DNA of 64,000 bases from Lama guanicoe (GCA_013239625.1 MU054541.1:6119530-6183529), one strand, 5' to 3'. Shown: positions 14,135-27,059, counted from the stretch's first letter. Translations and numbers: made by a program. The notes: a model not told the origin generated them from the sequence alone.

Positions 14135-14666
14135 TCTCAGGCCAGACACATGGCTGAGGACGGAAATCTTTTCAGCATCCGTCCTGAGGCTTTGGCTTGT
14201 TTCTGTCCCCTGGTCAGTGCAGCCGCTCTCCTGTCCCCCTGACACTTCTGCCCTTAGAGCTGGGTCCCTGCGTGCTGCAGCTGCACGACCTGAATGACAG
14301 CACGGCCTTCCTGCTGTGCATTCTTCCTCGGAAACATCTTTACCATATTCATTCAAAAGTCATTTATCGGACAATTACTAATTGAGAACGCTTGTGGACA
14401 GGATCGTCTGAGGAGTCGGTGGGGCTCAAGAGGTGATTAAACTGGTGGTTCCTGCTCTCTGGCAGTCACAGTGTGGTGAGGAGACTGAGCCTCGACAGCA
14501 CTGTAGGTAGTGGAGAATGGATTTGATAAACACCATCATTCATTGTTCCAATATTTTGTAACTTCAGAGGAAGGACAGCTTCCTAGCTAAAAGTGCACCT
14601 TGAGGAGGGCCTTCACGTATGGGGTAGGTTTCACAAGGCAGAAGATGGTACAGGAATGGAGATGGT

Positions 14667-15498
14667 TGTGAGGAACAAAAACAAAGTGACTGATGTTGAA
14701 GGAACACTGGTCCTCTATTCAAAACATGCCTGATGCCAGATGTGTGGGTTTTTCCACACCAAGCAATTCTCTTTGGACACCAGCTGAGTATCCTACAAGT
14801 CACTTCAGTTCTGAAAGTAACTCCCAGAGTTGGCACAGAGCCCGCAGGTGCAGGGCTCAGCCCCTTCAGACACTCACCGCTAGTGGGTCCCCAGGTCACC
14901 CACCCTTCCATCCGACTTTGCTACAAACCACGACTTCCCAAGACCCCCTCCTCAGGTTTGATAATTTGCTAGAATAGCTTACAAATCTCAGGGAAACTTT
15001 TACTAGGGTTTCCTGGTTTGTGACTAAGGATACAGATGAACAGCCAGCTGAAGAGGTATGTAGAGTGAAGTCTGAAAGTGTTCCAAGCACAGGAGCTTCT
15101 GTCCCCATAGAGTTGGACCCCCTTCCTGGCACATGAATGTATTCACCAACCCTGGAGCTCTTTGAACCTTGTCATTTAGGGGATTTTTATGGAGGTTTTG
15201 TCACGTAGACATGATCGATTATTACCTCGGTCTCTAAGCCCTCTCCTTTTCCTGGAGGTTGTGGGGAGTGGGGCTGAAAGTTGTAGGCTTCTAACCAAGG
15301 CTTGGTCTTTCTGGCAGCCAGCCCCCATCCGGAAGTTATCTGGAGTTCCGCCACAAGTCCGGCTCCACCACCTGGGAAACTGCAAGGGAGTTAGGGGCCC
15401 AGTGTCAGGGACAAAAGACCTCCTGTAACTCACAAAACTCCAAGAGATTTAGGAACTCTGTGTCGGGAGCCAAAGACATGTGTTCTCACAATATCACA
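14667..15498 (-). mobile_element. Solo LTR, MER21-like
   Basis: tgtgagg...tcacaatatcaca (TG...CA ends); internal ccagatgtgtgggtttttccacaccaagcaattctc and ctcaggtttgataatttgctagaatagcttaca; approximate TSD gatgg/gatgt. Confidence 0.75.
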
Positions 15499-15789
15499 GA
15501 TGTCTTGGGAAGTACAACTTTTGGTTAGGGTGTAGAGTACATGAAAGGAAGTTGCATATTAAAAAGCTAGGAAAGCAGACAGCTCATAGACAGTTTGGGG
15601 CCCTGATGTTACCCTGGTAGGCTATGAAGAAATCATTTAGGATCTCTATATAGAAAAGCTGCGTGATCCGAACTGTACATGCAAGAAGTTAATCTGGCTG
15701 CAGGATGTAGGAGACGTTGTGAGTGGAGAATGCTGGGTAGTTAGCCATCTAGGGGCACTTTATGATAACCACTTTGTGTGACAGTCAGT

Positions 15790-16170
15790 TCATGCTAGGT
15801 GATGCATGATAACAACCTTATAAAGCTCAGTGGCTTGAGACAACCAAGGTTTATTTCCCTGCATGCCAGCTGAGGTCAGCTGTGGCTCTGCACCACGTGC
15901 CTGTAACCTGGGGCTTGCTCCTACTGTGGCGGAGGGGAGAAGGAGAACAGGCATGGCCTCCGAAAGCCGTTGCTCTGAACTGGCAGCTCTCTGTCCACAT
16001 GTAATTGGCTGAAGCAAGTCACACGGCCAAGCCTGATGTCCGCAGGGTCAGGAATTCTATTCCTCCTCCTAGAGGCACTGCAGTCACATGGCAATGGCCA
16101 TGGATGTGTCATCCGCTTACAGGGAGACGGCGACCAATTTGGAACAGTAATAGAACCCGCTACACTTAGT
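15790..16170 (-). mobile_element. Old MaLR LTR (MLT1-like)
   Basis: ctcagtggcttgagacaaccaaggtttatttc...attggctgaagcaagtcacacggccaagcctga. Confidence 0.6.
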
Positions 16171-18439
16171 CATTCTAAGTCACATTTAAAACAAAAACAA
16201 AAACAAAAACAAACCTCCCAAGAAACAAAAAGTCCTCAGAAATACAGTGCTGTGCATTTCATCTTGCAGTGTCTGCGGGCCCTACCCCTCTCCCCTTTTC
16301 TTTTCCCTGGCTTTGTTCAGAGCCAGATTTGTTCCCACTGTGACTGTATGCCTCTGGATGCATAAAGGTGCAGCTGACGGCTGAGGTTCCATGGATTATA
16401 GGCCCCAGGAAAAAAAGAGATCCATCTCCCTTGCCTCTTGGCATTGACCGATCTCCGAATCCAGAACAGTGAAAGCCTGTTGGGCTAGGCAGAGTGTCAT
16501 GAGTCCCCCTTGGGCTGGGTCATCCCCAGCAGAGTGAACTCTGTCAGTCTTTCCAGTTTGATCTGACTGCACAATAAATGCCTGCAAGCCCTGGACCATC
16601 TTAGGTGCGTCTGTCCCTGGTGACCTGGGGCCTTAGAGTCAGCCCAGCCTCTTTGATGTGCTGGACCGCCAGGCCTGGTCCAGCAAGGGGGTCGTAGGCA
16701 GATGAGGTGAGGTCTCGGTCTGGCAGTTCTGAGATTGCCCATGGTAGTCTGCTACTAGGATGACTCAGATTCAATCTGGGTTTAATTTTTTATCTTTTTA
16801 ATGAGCAACAGTAATCATTTATTGGAGACAACAGATGGGAACATGTGGTACATGCTTAGACATTAGCATCTTATTGTTTGGTCTGTTTTTGTTGAAGAAG
16901 AAATAGTCTGTGTCTGCAGACACATTACCTTTTGAATGTGCTGCTAGATCTTACTTGGGTGACTAGTTTTTTGGGGGAGGAGTAATCACGGTATGAAAGA
17001 ACCATGAAAGTAATGCCACCGATTGTGCATTTGTGTCACCTCCCCATTGTCCCTCAGCAACTAGTGAGGCAGATTTTAAAACTGAATGATTAAGGATTAA
17101 ACATGAAAGGAATGGAGTGTTTGAAAGAGTTGGAAATGAGTTAGTAATAAATGGAAGCTCTGTGCTCTGTCCAAATATTGGTCTGGGATTTGGGAGAACT
17201 AGTTCCTATTTTCGCATTTTTGAAACTCTCTGGATGATTTTCAGAGCCCTCTTTTGGGGGGTACCTGTTCCATGGGACTGTTCATATTCATAGCTTTCAG
17301 TACGTTCAGTGGATGATCAAGCCTAGTTATTTCTTCTAACGTGTCTCATGTGTATTTCTCGCTGCAGTAGTTGGGGTCTTTCAGCTGAAAGTGGCAGGAA
17401 CGCAAACTAAATGAACCATGAGATAAATGTATTAGAAAGACTCTGGGGTGTCCTGAAGAACTCAGGGACAGGAAGCTGCGGGGGTTCAAATACTAGTACT
17501 CTCCCTGTCGCCCCATCTCCTGTCGCTGTCCCTGTGTGTGTGTCCCCTTCAGGTTCTCGCTCTCTCACTGCAGACCAGCTGTGTCGGCTTCTCTGGTCTG
17601 CATGGTTAGAAACGTGGCCTCAACATGTCCCAGATTTTACAGCATCAGTCATTAGAGAAAGACGGATGTGACATTCTTAGTCCCGAATCCAAAATATCCC
17701 ATCAGGCACCCACTTGAGACCAGTTAACTGTGGTCAGGGGATCAGGAGACGGTGAGTGGCCCAGCTTGAGCCCCTGTATGTATCTTCCCTGCCTCCCCCG
17801 CCCCCAAAACAATCATATGTATATATAATATGTGATGTTATATGCCATATAAAAATATGGCAGCAGCCCATGTTCCCAAATGCCTGGAATGGAGGTTAGT
17901 ATAATTCTCCAAGGAAAAGGTGCTATTTCTAGAATAAATGAGGAGTGGGGTTCTGGACAGAGAAAAGAGTGACTATTCTCTTCAGCTCCTCCCCATCCCA
18001 GTGAGGCTGGAGATTAGAAACTTTTACCTTCATCATAATGGTTTGCTCATTGGCCTCCTTTTCTCTTGTCTCACACCAGTTCAGTCCATCTTACATATTG
18101 CTGCCTCTGATTATTCCCCAGTGGGAATGCGATCCTGTCATCTGCCAGCAAGCTAAATCACAGGCTTCTTAATGAAGCACATGAAGTCTTCCACGAGCTG
18201 GCCTCAGCCGGCTCCCCCAGGTCTTCCTCTCTTTCTTCCCTTCCCCACTGCCGTTTGCACCTTATCTGTTGCTTGCTAGCTTCACCCTTTACCTGGAATG
18301 CCTTTCCTACTTGTCTTCTGAACAATTGTTTTTCAGAATTCAGCTCAAGCTCCCTTAGAAACATTTCCTGAACCTCACCCACCCCTCCCCAGCCCTGCAT
18401 TGTAATTATTCCATCTTTGTATTCCTGCCAGACCCTGTA

Positions 18440-18752
18440 CCGTCAGCTCTCTGTATCTGCGGGTCCCACAACCAGAACTTCAACCAACTGCAGTTCGAAA
18501 TTTTCAGGGGAAAAAAAAATTCCAGGAAGTTCCAAAAGGCAAAACTTAAATGTGCCACACTCCAGCAACTGTTTACATTGTATTAGATTTTATAAGTAAT
18601 CTAGAGATGATTTAAAGTATACAGGAGGATGCATAGAGGTTATATGCAAACACTACCCCGTTTGGTGTAAGGGACTTGAGCATCCTTGGATTTTGGTATC
18701 CTTGGGAGTCCTAGAACCAGTCCCCCAGGGATCTTGAGAGAGACCCAGACTG
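18440..18752. mobile_element. TcMar-Tigger MITE, MER2-type
   Basis: gtcagctctctgtatctgcggg ... ataagtaatctagagatgatttaaagtatacaggaggatg...gacttgagcatccttggattttggtatcc. Confidence 0.8.
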
Positions 18753-20898
18753 ACTTCTACATATCGTGCTCTTGCCTTTTCTTGGTTACTTCCCTCTAAG
18801 AGAATGTAAGAACCCTTATAACTGGAGGACTCTTATTTCTGTCCTAACTAGCTCATAATGATTCAGTAAATGCCTATTAAATGAATGCAAAGATAAAATT
18901 AATTCTTTGAAGAGACACTGCTCCATGTGCCCTTAGAAATGTGAGCTGTGCTGCAGCACAGTCTTTCCCTACAGCAGATTGTGGAGCCCCTGGGATCAGG
19001 AACCATGCCTCATTGCTTGTAGATGTGGGACAGATGCTGTCAGCTTGCTCTGAGTCTTTAAGATGCTTTGACTTCTTCACAGTCAAGCAATATTGACATT
19101 GTCTGATATGCATATATAGGCGTCTGTAAAGGACATGATTGATTACCTTGCAAAAAGACAGCAGTTACTTGACAGCTTTTTCAAAGTATAGTTGGCATCT
19201 GTCAATAGAACTCATCAGTAATGAGGATGATCACTCTTGCGCTCCTTCTTCGGTGCCCAGGAGCAGATATGCTCAAATCCAGGCTGGAGTTAGTGCTGGC
19301 CGGGCTGCTTTTGCAAATTGCAGTGGTGGAGACAGTTCCGGTCATCACACAGGCTTTCCTTTCAATTTCTGTCCAGCTTCTCCAAGATGAATGAGGCTTA
19401 ACTCTTCCTTTTTATGATGTTTCACATCTCTGATGTTAAGAGAGAGAGACAAAGCAGTGGAAAATGTTGAAACTTGGCATTGGAAGGAAAATTTCACCAT
19501 GACATGAAATACAGTACTTCAGTTTTTTGGTCTGATTCAATTCTCATAACACAGTGTGGTCACACGTGAACAAATTTGGTACATGTCTTTCATATTAATT
19601 GTACTCTTTCAAATTGACAAAGTTAAAAAGTAATCACCAACAGGACATTGGCCAGCCAGTGTTTATAAAACTGGAGAAATAGAGGTTTGTGGAGAGACCT
19701 CAGGCTCAGTTTGCAAAGTCGATAGTGGCCAGAACAGGCTGTTAATAGCAGCTGGGTCTGCAGATGTGAACAGTGGATTAATTGTACCAAGAGGGGAGGC
19801 TGACAGTATATAGAATGAGTGCAGAGAGACACACTCCTCCATGCAAAGCAAAGCAAGCCCACACAGTGGATGTTTTTCCCCAAAGAGAAGCCCTTATGAT
19901 TCTGGATTTGGGGGCTAGGAAGTACACAGTACGTTTTGCACTGATCCCTTTGCCACAGAACTCAGTGAACTGCAGCAGAACTTCTCATGGCCATATGAAC
20001 CTTCTTTTTTGCCTTTTCACTTTTCTCTCTTTATTTGATCCAGCAAATACCGGGTACCTATCTACTGTGTCTATGCCTGAAAGGATTAAAGAAATGAATT
20101 AGCACAGGTCCTCACTCAGGAGACATCCCAGCTTGATGAGCATGTAAAACACTTAGGTTGGTGCCTGGCACATCGTAAATGCTCTGTGAGGGACAGCTGC
20201 ACTGTTAACTGTGGGGAGGAGCCCATCAATGGATCCTGTTAATACCGCCAACAGTGGCTGCCGTATACTGAGTTACTACTGTGCACCGAGCATTGTAGGG
20301 GTAGGTAGACTTTTTGCTTAAACTCCCACAACCCTAATTTAATGTAAAATGTGCGGTTATTTAGGTAGAGTGTGTGTTCAAGAGGTTGAGCTATTGACAA
20401 AGGCATCACAGAGAGAGACGTCAAGGAAACACTGGAGGAGGTGACATTCAGGCAGGTCTGGGAAATGAATTATAGCTCACTGAGGTGCAGAGAGGCAGAG
20501 GGGTGCAGGAAGAAGAGATTCCCTTACACTTCTATGCTTTTTCTTCTTTTTGCCCCTGGACTTCCCACTGTGCTTAAAACACCCAGAGGATTTCTTGGTC
20601 ATTGGTGGCAACTCTCAGAGCTGAAGAGATGGCTGACTCTTGACATAGTATATAGGCAGATAGGGGAGCTTGTTTCTGTTTTGGGGGAAAAGGGGGGATT
20701 CAATAAACAGATAAATAATGTCCATAGGGTGACACCAGTCTTGTCACTTCCACAATTGAGTGTCACCTCCTCCACTGCAGCACTGCTGAAGGAGGCCCAC
20801 TGACCAGTGTGCACTGTTTTAAACAGCTATTGTGTGTGACAGCACAGATTTACAAGGCCATGTGATTGAAAAGTAATTCACCATGAAGTTGCTTTAAC

Positions 20899-21008
20899 AA
20901 GTGAATTCTCTATATATGTGTATATGCATGACTGGGGCCTTGTGCTGTATACCAGAAATTGACACATTGTAACTGACTGTACTTCAATTAAAAAAAAAGT
21001 AAATTCTC
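20899..21008 (+). mobile_element. Heavily 5'-truncated L1 3' end with TSD
   Basis: tgtgctgtataccagaaattgacacattgtaactgactgtacttcaattaaaaaaaa flanked by aagtgaattctc / aagtaaattctc. Confidence 0.8.
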
Positions 21009-21882
21009 AGAGTATTTTTGTTTGGTGAAATTATGAGCAATAAGAACATTAGGAAAACCAAGGTCTTGCCCTCTCAGAATTCACAACGTGGAAGAACAAG
21101 GGGAATCTCTCTCATACACACGCTCACACAGTCTGGTACGACAGGGATGAAATTCAGGGTAAGAAGTGGTGTCCTTCAGAAAGGTTTCATAAGGGAGTGA
21201 CATCTGAGATGACACTGAATAGTTTAATAAGGAGAAATCTGAAAGAGAGTAGGCTTTGACTCACAGCAAAATATCTGATGTGTATGTTCGGAAATATTTC
21301 TTTGCATGAAATTAAATTTTCTGGAGAGAAGTATTGGGTTAATCACTTTCTGCCTGGAGGGTGATTGAAAGATATTAAAAATGATTTTGGAAAAATGTTT
21401 TTTTTTTTTTTTTGCAAATAATGACAGTTTTATTTTTTCTTTTCCAATTCTTTTTTTTTTACATTTTTTTATTGAGTAAGAGTCATTTTACAATGTTGTG
21501 TCAAATTCCAGTGTAGAGCACAATTTTTCAGTTATACATGAACAACATGAACATATATATATTCATTGTCACATTTTTTTTTCACTATGAGCTACCACAA
21601 GATCTTGTATGTATTTCCCTGTGCTATACAGTATAATCTTATTTATCTATTCTGCATTTTTAAATCTCAGTCTGTCCCTTCCCACCCCCTGCCGCCTTGG
21701 CAACCACAAGTTTGTATTCTATGTCTATGAGTCTGTTTCTGTTTTGTATGTATGTATTTATGTATGTATGTATGTATTTAGATTCCTCACATAAGCGGTC
21801 TCATATGGTATTTTTCTTTATTTTTCTGGCTTACTTCACTTAGAATGACATTTTCCAGGAACATCCATGTTGCTGCAAATGG

Positions 21883-22028
21883 NNNNNNNNNNNNNNNNNN
21901 NNNNNNNNNNNNNNNNNNNNNNNNNNNNNNNNNNNNNNNNNNNNNNNNNNNNNNNNNNNNNNNNNNNNNNNNNNNNNNNNNNNNNNNNNNNNNNNNNNNN
22001 NNNNNNNNNNNNNNNNNNNNNNNNNNNN
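21883..22028. other. N-run, 146 nt, inside the L1 ORF2 C-terminal remnant
   Basis: Direct. Confidence 0.99.
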
Positions 22029-22289
22029 AGGTGTCATTTTGAAGTAGGGTTCCTTCTGGATATATGCCCAGGAGTGGGATTCCCAGGTCATATGGTAAGT
22101 CTATTCCTAGTCTTTTGAGAAATCTCCATACTGTTTTCCACAGTAGCTTTCCTTGCTTCCCTCTTCCACTCTTAATGATTTAGATGTCTTCTTTTACAAT
22201 TTTGTGTTTATTCTTTTTGTAATTCATGGCAGTTATCTCCTTTCCAGTTATAAGTTTTTCATTGTTGTAGCATCCTGCTTCTTTTCTAT

Positions 22290-23186
22290 TTAGAGTAGAC
22301 CTGTCAATGTTTCTTTTAGCATGGGCTTAGTGTTGCTAAACTCTTTTAGTTTTTGCTTGTCTGTGAAGTTCTTTATCTCTCCTTCTATTCTAAAGGATAG
22401 CCTTGCTGGATAGAGTATCCTAGGCTGCATCTTTTTCTCATTCAGGACTTTGAATATATCTTGCCACTCCCTTCTGGCCTGTAGTGTTTGTGTAGAGAAA
22501 TCAGCTGAGAGCCTTATGGGGGTTCCCTTGTAACTCACTTTTTGCTTTTCTCTTGCTGCCTTTAGGATCATTTCTTTATCCTTGACTCTGGCCATCTTGA
22601 TTATGATATGTCTCGGTGTGGGTCTGTTTGGGTTCTTCCTGTTTGGGACCCTCTGAGCCCCCTGTACTTGGATATCTGATTCCTTTAGGTTTGGGAAGTT
22701 TTCAGTCATGTTTTCTTCCAATACCTTTTCAATCCCCTTTGTTCTTTCTTCTCCTTTTGGAATCCCTGTTATGCGTAGGTTGGCACGCTTTATATTATCC
22801 CATAGGTCCCTTATATTGTTTTTATTGTTTTTTATTTGTTTTTCTCTCAGCTCTTCTGATTGGGTGCTTTCTGTTGTCCTGTCTTCTAGGTCATTTATTC
22901 GTTTCTCTGCATTATCTAGCCTGCTTTGTACAGCCTTTAGGTCAGCTCTCACCTCAGCAAATGAGTTTACTAATTCTACTTGGTTCTTCTTTATAGCTTC
23001 TATTTCATTTTTGACATATTTTATATCTCTAAACACTATTTCTTTCAGTTCCTTCATTACTTTGATCAGTCATTTTTTGAAATCTTGATCTAGTAAGCCA
23101 TCAATGTCTATTTCTTTGATTGTGCTTTCAGGGGATTTCTCTTGATCTTTTAATTGGGAGTGGTTCCTCTGCTTCATATTGCTCAT
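22290..23186 (-). pseudogene. L1 ORF1p, one in-frame TGA at 23070-23072; 255 codons open downstream
   Basis: MSNMKQRNHSQLKDQEKSPE...DFKK*LIKVMKELKE...LWDNIKRANLRITGIP...PRHIIIK...ARREW...YPARLSF: hallmark ORF1p coiled-coil, RRM and CTD motifs. Confidence 0.93.
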
Positions 23187-23189
23187 ATC

Positions 23190-24529
23190 TCTCTGGCATT
23201 GTGGCTTAAGGAGTATCAGTTATCTAGTTCTTCTGGAGATGGTGTGCTCTTAGTGATTTTATCGAGAGGTCTTTGTGTCTTCGCCCTGTTTTGCAAGCTC
23301 AGCTTGCTGTTTTCAGAAGCCCTCTGTTGGCGCCCTCATCTGTGCTGCTCCCAGTGGCTGTTGGCTAGCAGATTGCACTCCTTCCCAACACTGGGTCAGG
23401 TGCTGAGCTCTTATCCCGTGGGCGGGAGGGTCACTCCCCTTCCTGATGCCGCAGTCAAATGTTGTGCTCGGGCGAGGCAGGTGGGTGGATTGTGCCTCCT
23501 CCCAGCACCGTGTTCCTGCCCAGAAGGTGGGGGGCCACCTGTCCTCTCCCGGCACCAGCCCCTCTGCTGCTCTGTGCAGCTGCCCACTCCGCCTTGGGTC
23601 AGTGCTCCAAAGGCAGGCTTGAAGGTGGGCTTGGGGAAGACCGCGGAACAGCCCCACCCCTGCTCTGTACCAAACCTCAGCTCCTTGTTTGTCTCGGCAG
23701 CGTGAGTTCTCTGAGGTGCCAGGGCAGAAAGATCCTATCTACCTCGGGCTATAAACAAATCTCAGTCCTGCCTAGGACATTGGGGAGCCCCCGGGTGCGG
23801 ATTCAGTTCTCGGCCCTGCCCCCGCCCAGGCTCTGTGCACAGGAGGAGACAGTGGCTGTGGCTGTGCCCCGCCTCTCTTCTCGCGAGAAGCGCCAGTAAT
23901 GGCAGCGCAGGTCTGAGGAGACAAAGGCTGTGGCGCCCCTACCCCCAGGGCACACCAGCCATGTTGTTTTGCTTTTTTTGCAATTTATGGGGGACTGAGG
24001 TTGTTCTGCTCCGTATCCCCTCCCAGCCACGGCACGCAGCCCCCTGCAGCCCCCTGGGGCTGCCTCAGTGCAGCCGCCCCCGTCCTCCGCCCGGCTCAGG
24101 CAGCCTGTCCCGGCCCCAGCTGCCGGCTCGCATCTTTGGCTGGGCGTCACCGGGACCCTTTGTGCCTGTTTAACTCAGTTCTGTCAGTCAGGGGGTGCTC
24201 AGGGCAGATCTGAGCCTCAGAGGCTCCCCCTCCCACCTGTTGATCTCTCCGTTGGAGAGGGGAGACCCAGCGAATGAGCGCCAGTCCTCCTTTGCTGCTC
24301 CCTCCCCCCAGAATCGGTCCCACACTGTTTTGCTTTTTCTTCTTCCTTTTTTCCTTTTCTCCTACCAGATTTTTAGCATCTTTGTCTTTTGAAGAGGGCG
24401 ATGTTCTGTCAGAGTTCAGCAGGTGCTCTGGTTGGCTGAGTGGGTCCATAGATGGGAGTTTTGTTGTATTTGTGGTTGAAGGTGAGCTACAAGCGTCCTT
24501 CTACTCCACCATCTTGCTTCTCTACCCTC
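23190..24529 (-). promoter_or_regulatory. L1 5'UTR internal promoter, CpG-rich
   Basis: Highest GC/CpG density in the window; YY1-like AAGATGGTGG near the 5' end. Confidence 0.7.
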
Positions 24530-27059
24530 AAAAAAATGTGGTTTTTAATTTTCAAGAATAATTGTTTTATGTTTTATCTTTGTAACTAGACAGTTAGCAA
24601 CTAGAAGACAAAAAACATGCCTGATGTGTAGTTGAGTTCCCTATAATACCTAAAACTGAGAAGAGTGGCAGCCAGGTATTTGTTGATTACTTTCTGGATT
24701 AAACATTTTATCCAAACATACAAGTAGAACGAATGAATGAAGGGTACAGAGGTCATGCAGTTGAAAGTATCTTTACATTTGGTTTTTATGGATCAGGGGC
24801 AGTGATGCCTTCTTGTTCTTCAAGGAACTTGGGAGATGCTTTCTCCTTTCCTCCCTCCCTCCCTCTCTTTCTTTCTTTCATTTTTTAAAATTGCAAATTG
24901 AATTTTGCTGAAATACCAATGAGGTGGGACTTTTGGATAGGAGTGGGCTTTGACTCTGCTTTATTCTACTGCTAAGTCCTGGGGCTCCTTTGCTTCAGAG
25001 TGTATATCACCCAGCACATGCACCTTATTAAAACCAGCTTGTAGTAACTTTACTGGATGTTCAGTGGTTCACGAGGATGCAAAGCTAACATTTTTAAGTG
25101 CTGAAGGTGGAGCAGATGTGTACAGCAAGCTGCAGGGAATTAAATGCTGGTCTGAGTTTTATAAGTTGGAAACTAAGAAGGAGGAGTGGGACTCTGAGAA
25201 GGTGGAGTCACATTCTATTGAGAACAATGAAGACAATGGCTTTCAGATTTTAAAGACAGTTGGGAAGCATTTGTACCTTTGGCTCTTTTTTTTATTGAAG
25301 GCTCTTGGACGGTGTGGATGGCTTTACAAAAAATGTCCTCACAGTGTTGACTGGCATTGATGAAATATGATGTTATACTTGGTTTCCAAATTTGATTTAT
25401 TTTTTACTCAGTTGTGTACATTAAGTCCCCTGTCTCCTACTCTCTAGTTAAGATACTAATGTCCTAGTGACTTCATAATGAATAGGTGAAATAAGCATTT
25501 AGGAATTCTAATGAAATGAGTTTGAAATCTTAAATAATGTATTTCTCTAGTCTAAAGTGTTAGTTTTGGGGGAAAAAAGATTTTATCTGAAGTAGTTAGA
25601 TTTCAAGGAATAACTCTCAAGAAAATGGTTTTGTTATCTCCTTTGAAATGTCAATGGATTTTGTATTAGACAATCAAAACTACTGTAATACCTGAGAAAA
25701 TCATGTCCCCTTTTGTTACAAACCTTCTGTGATTAAATTAAAATTAATTTTGGGGGGGGGCAATGAAAAGAAATGGTTTGTGAACACTAGTGTATTTATA
25801 GTACTAACAAGGTTGCAAGGGAAATGATCTGGCTACCTAAGACAAATTATTTTAAACATCTTTAAAACTGTTATAGTAACAGTCATAACAAGTAGTTATT
25901 CTAGCAACAAATAAACAGTTGTTCTAATTTCTGTACAAACTACAAATTATGCTTTATATGGCCATACTTGTTTATCCACACGAGCCATGGAACAGTGTGC
26001 AGAGAGTACTTATCTAGTGACCAAATCTGTATTTGACCGTTGAAGGAACCACAGTCCCCAAAAACGTGCATCTGAAAGTAACGAAACATTTAAAAATCTG
26101 TCTTGCAGTTTGAACTTCTGCTTTTCCATAAGTTTCTCACGTCCATGCCGTGTTCTTGTCTGCATTCCATCTCCTCCTGGTATTATGTCCGCTTATTGAA
26201 AACATATTACATACAGTGGCCTCTCTGTTTGAGGTGCTGACCCAGGCACTATGAGGTGCATGAGACAAAGTCCTTGCCCTCAAGAGGTTCACCTTTGGAC
26301 TGAAGGTGAGACCCACGCTAGAAGAACTAAGGCGTAAAATAGGACCACATGTGAACTAGTGCCACCGGAGCTACAGAGTGCTGGAGAATTTCATAGAAGG
26401 GGGTGATCACTGGCATTAAAGAAAAAAAAAATGAGAAGAGGCTTTCTATTCAGTTGCTTTGAGTTTTTAGGGAAATCCCTCAGATTTCTGGGCTTCAACT
26501 TTCCTACTGATAAATGTTGAGTAAAATAATAACCTATACTCCATGACTGATGTGAGGGATGACCATTCAAAAATGCTTGTGATCAAAGGTTTTGAAATTC
26601 GAGACATGATTCGGTTCAGGGAGAGGCCAGTATTTGGCAAGCAGAGAACACTTGTGTCTGCCAGTACCATCAGGACTTTCTCTTCTCTGCAGGATTTTAA
26701 GATTTGTCTGAATTTGAGGTGGGCGGGAGGCAGCAAATGCCTAAAATGAAAACGTCTTCCGTTTTATGTGCAAAAACAATTTTAAACTATTAACGGTTTG
26801 TTAGAAAGGAAAGTTGGCACAGAATTTGGAGTGATTATTAATGAGAGGTAGATCCTCATTTTGGGAGTGGATTTCATTTTATTTCAAGTAACATTACTGT
26901 GAATGTAAATCTCTAGCTTTCTAGCCTTGAATGCAAAATAGCAAACTGTCAAAAATAAGTTTCAGCTAGGTATGCAACATTAACATACAGGGAATAAATG
27001 ATTATTTTACCATATATGGCAACTACGAAGAGGAATTCATTGCAACTCTAGGGGGAAAC

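Larger units (their letters stand above)
21391..24545 (-). mobile_element. LINE-1 with full 5'UTR and ORF1, ORF2 almost entirely deleted, 3'UTR, poly(A) and imperfect TSD
   Basis: 5' end GAGGGTAGAGAAGCAAGATGGTGGAGTAG at 24529; GC/CpG-rich 5'UTR; ORF1; only the ORF2 C-terminus (LWKTVWRFLKRLGIDLPYDLGIPLLGIYP...PFAATWMFLENVILSEVSQ); AATAAA and poly(A); flanks aaaaatgttttt / aaaaatgtggttttt|aa. Confidence 0.93.

Noticed and set aside
22616-23088. Two 126-aa hydrophobic + strand ORFs
   Set aside because: Antisense shadows of L1 ORF1
23154-24561. Many overlapping ORFs of 65-183 aa on both strands
   Set aside because: Expected in the GC-rich L1 5'UTR; no recognisable domains
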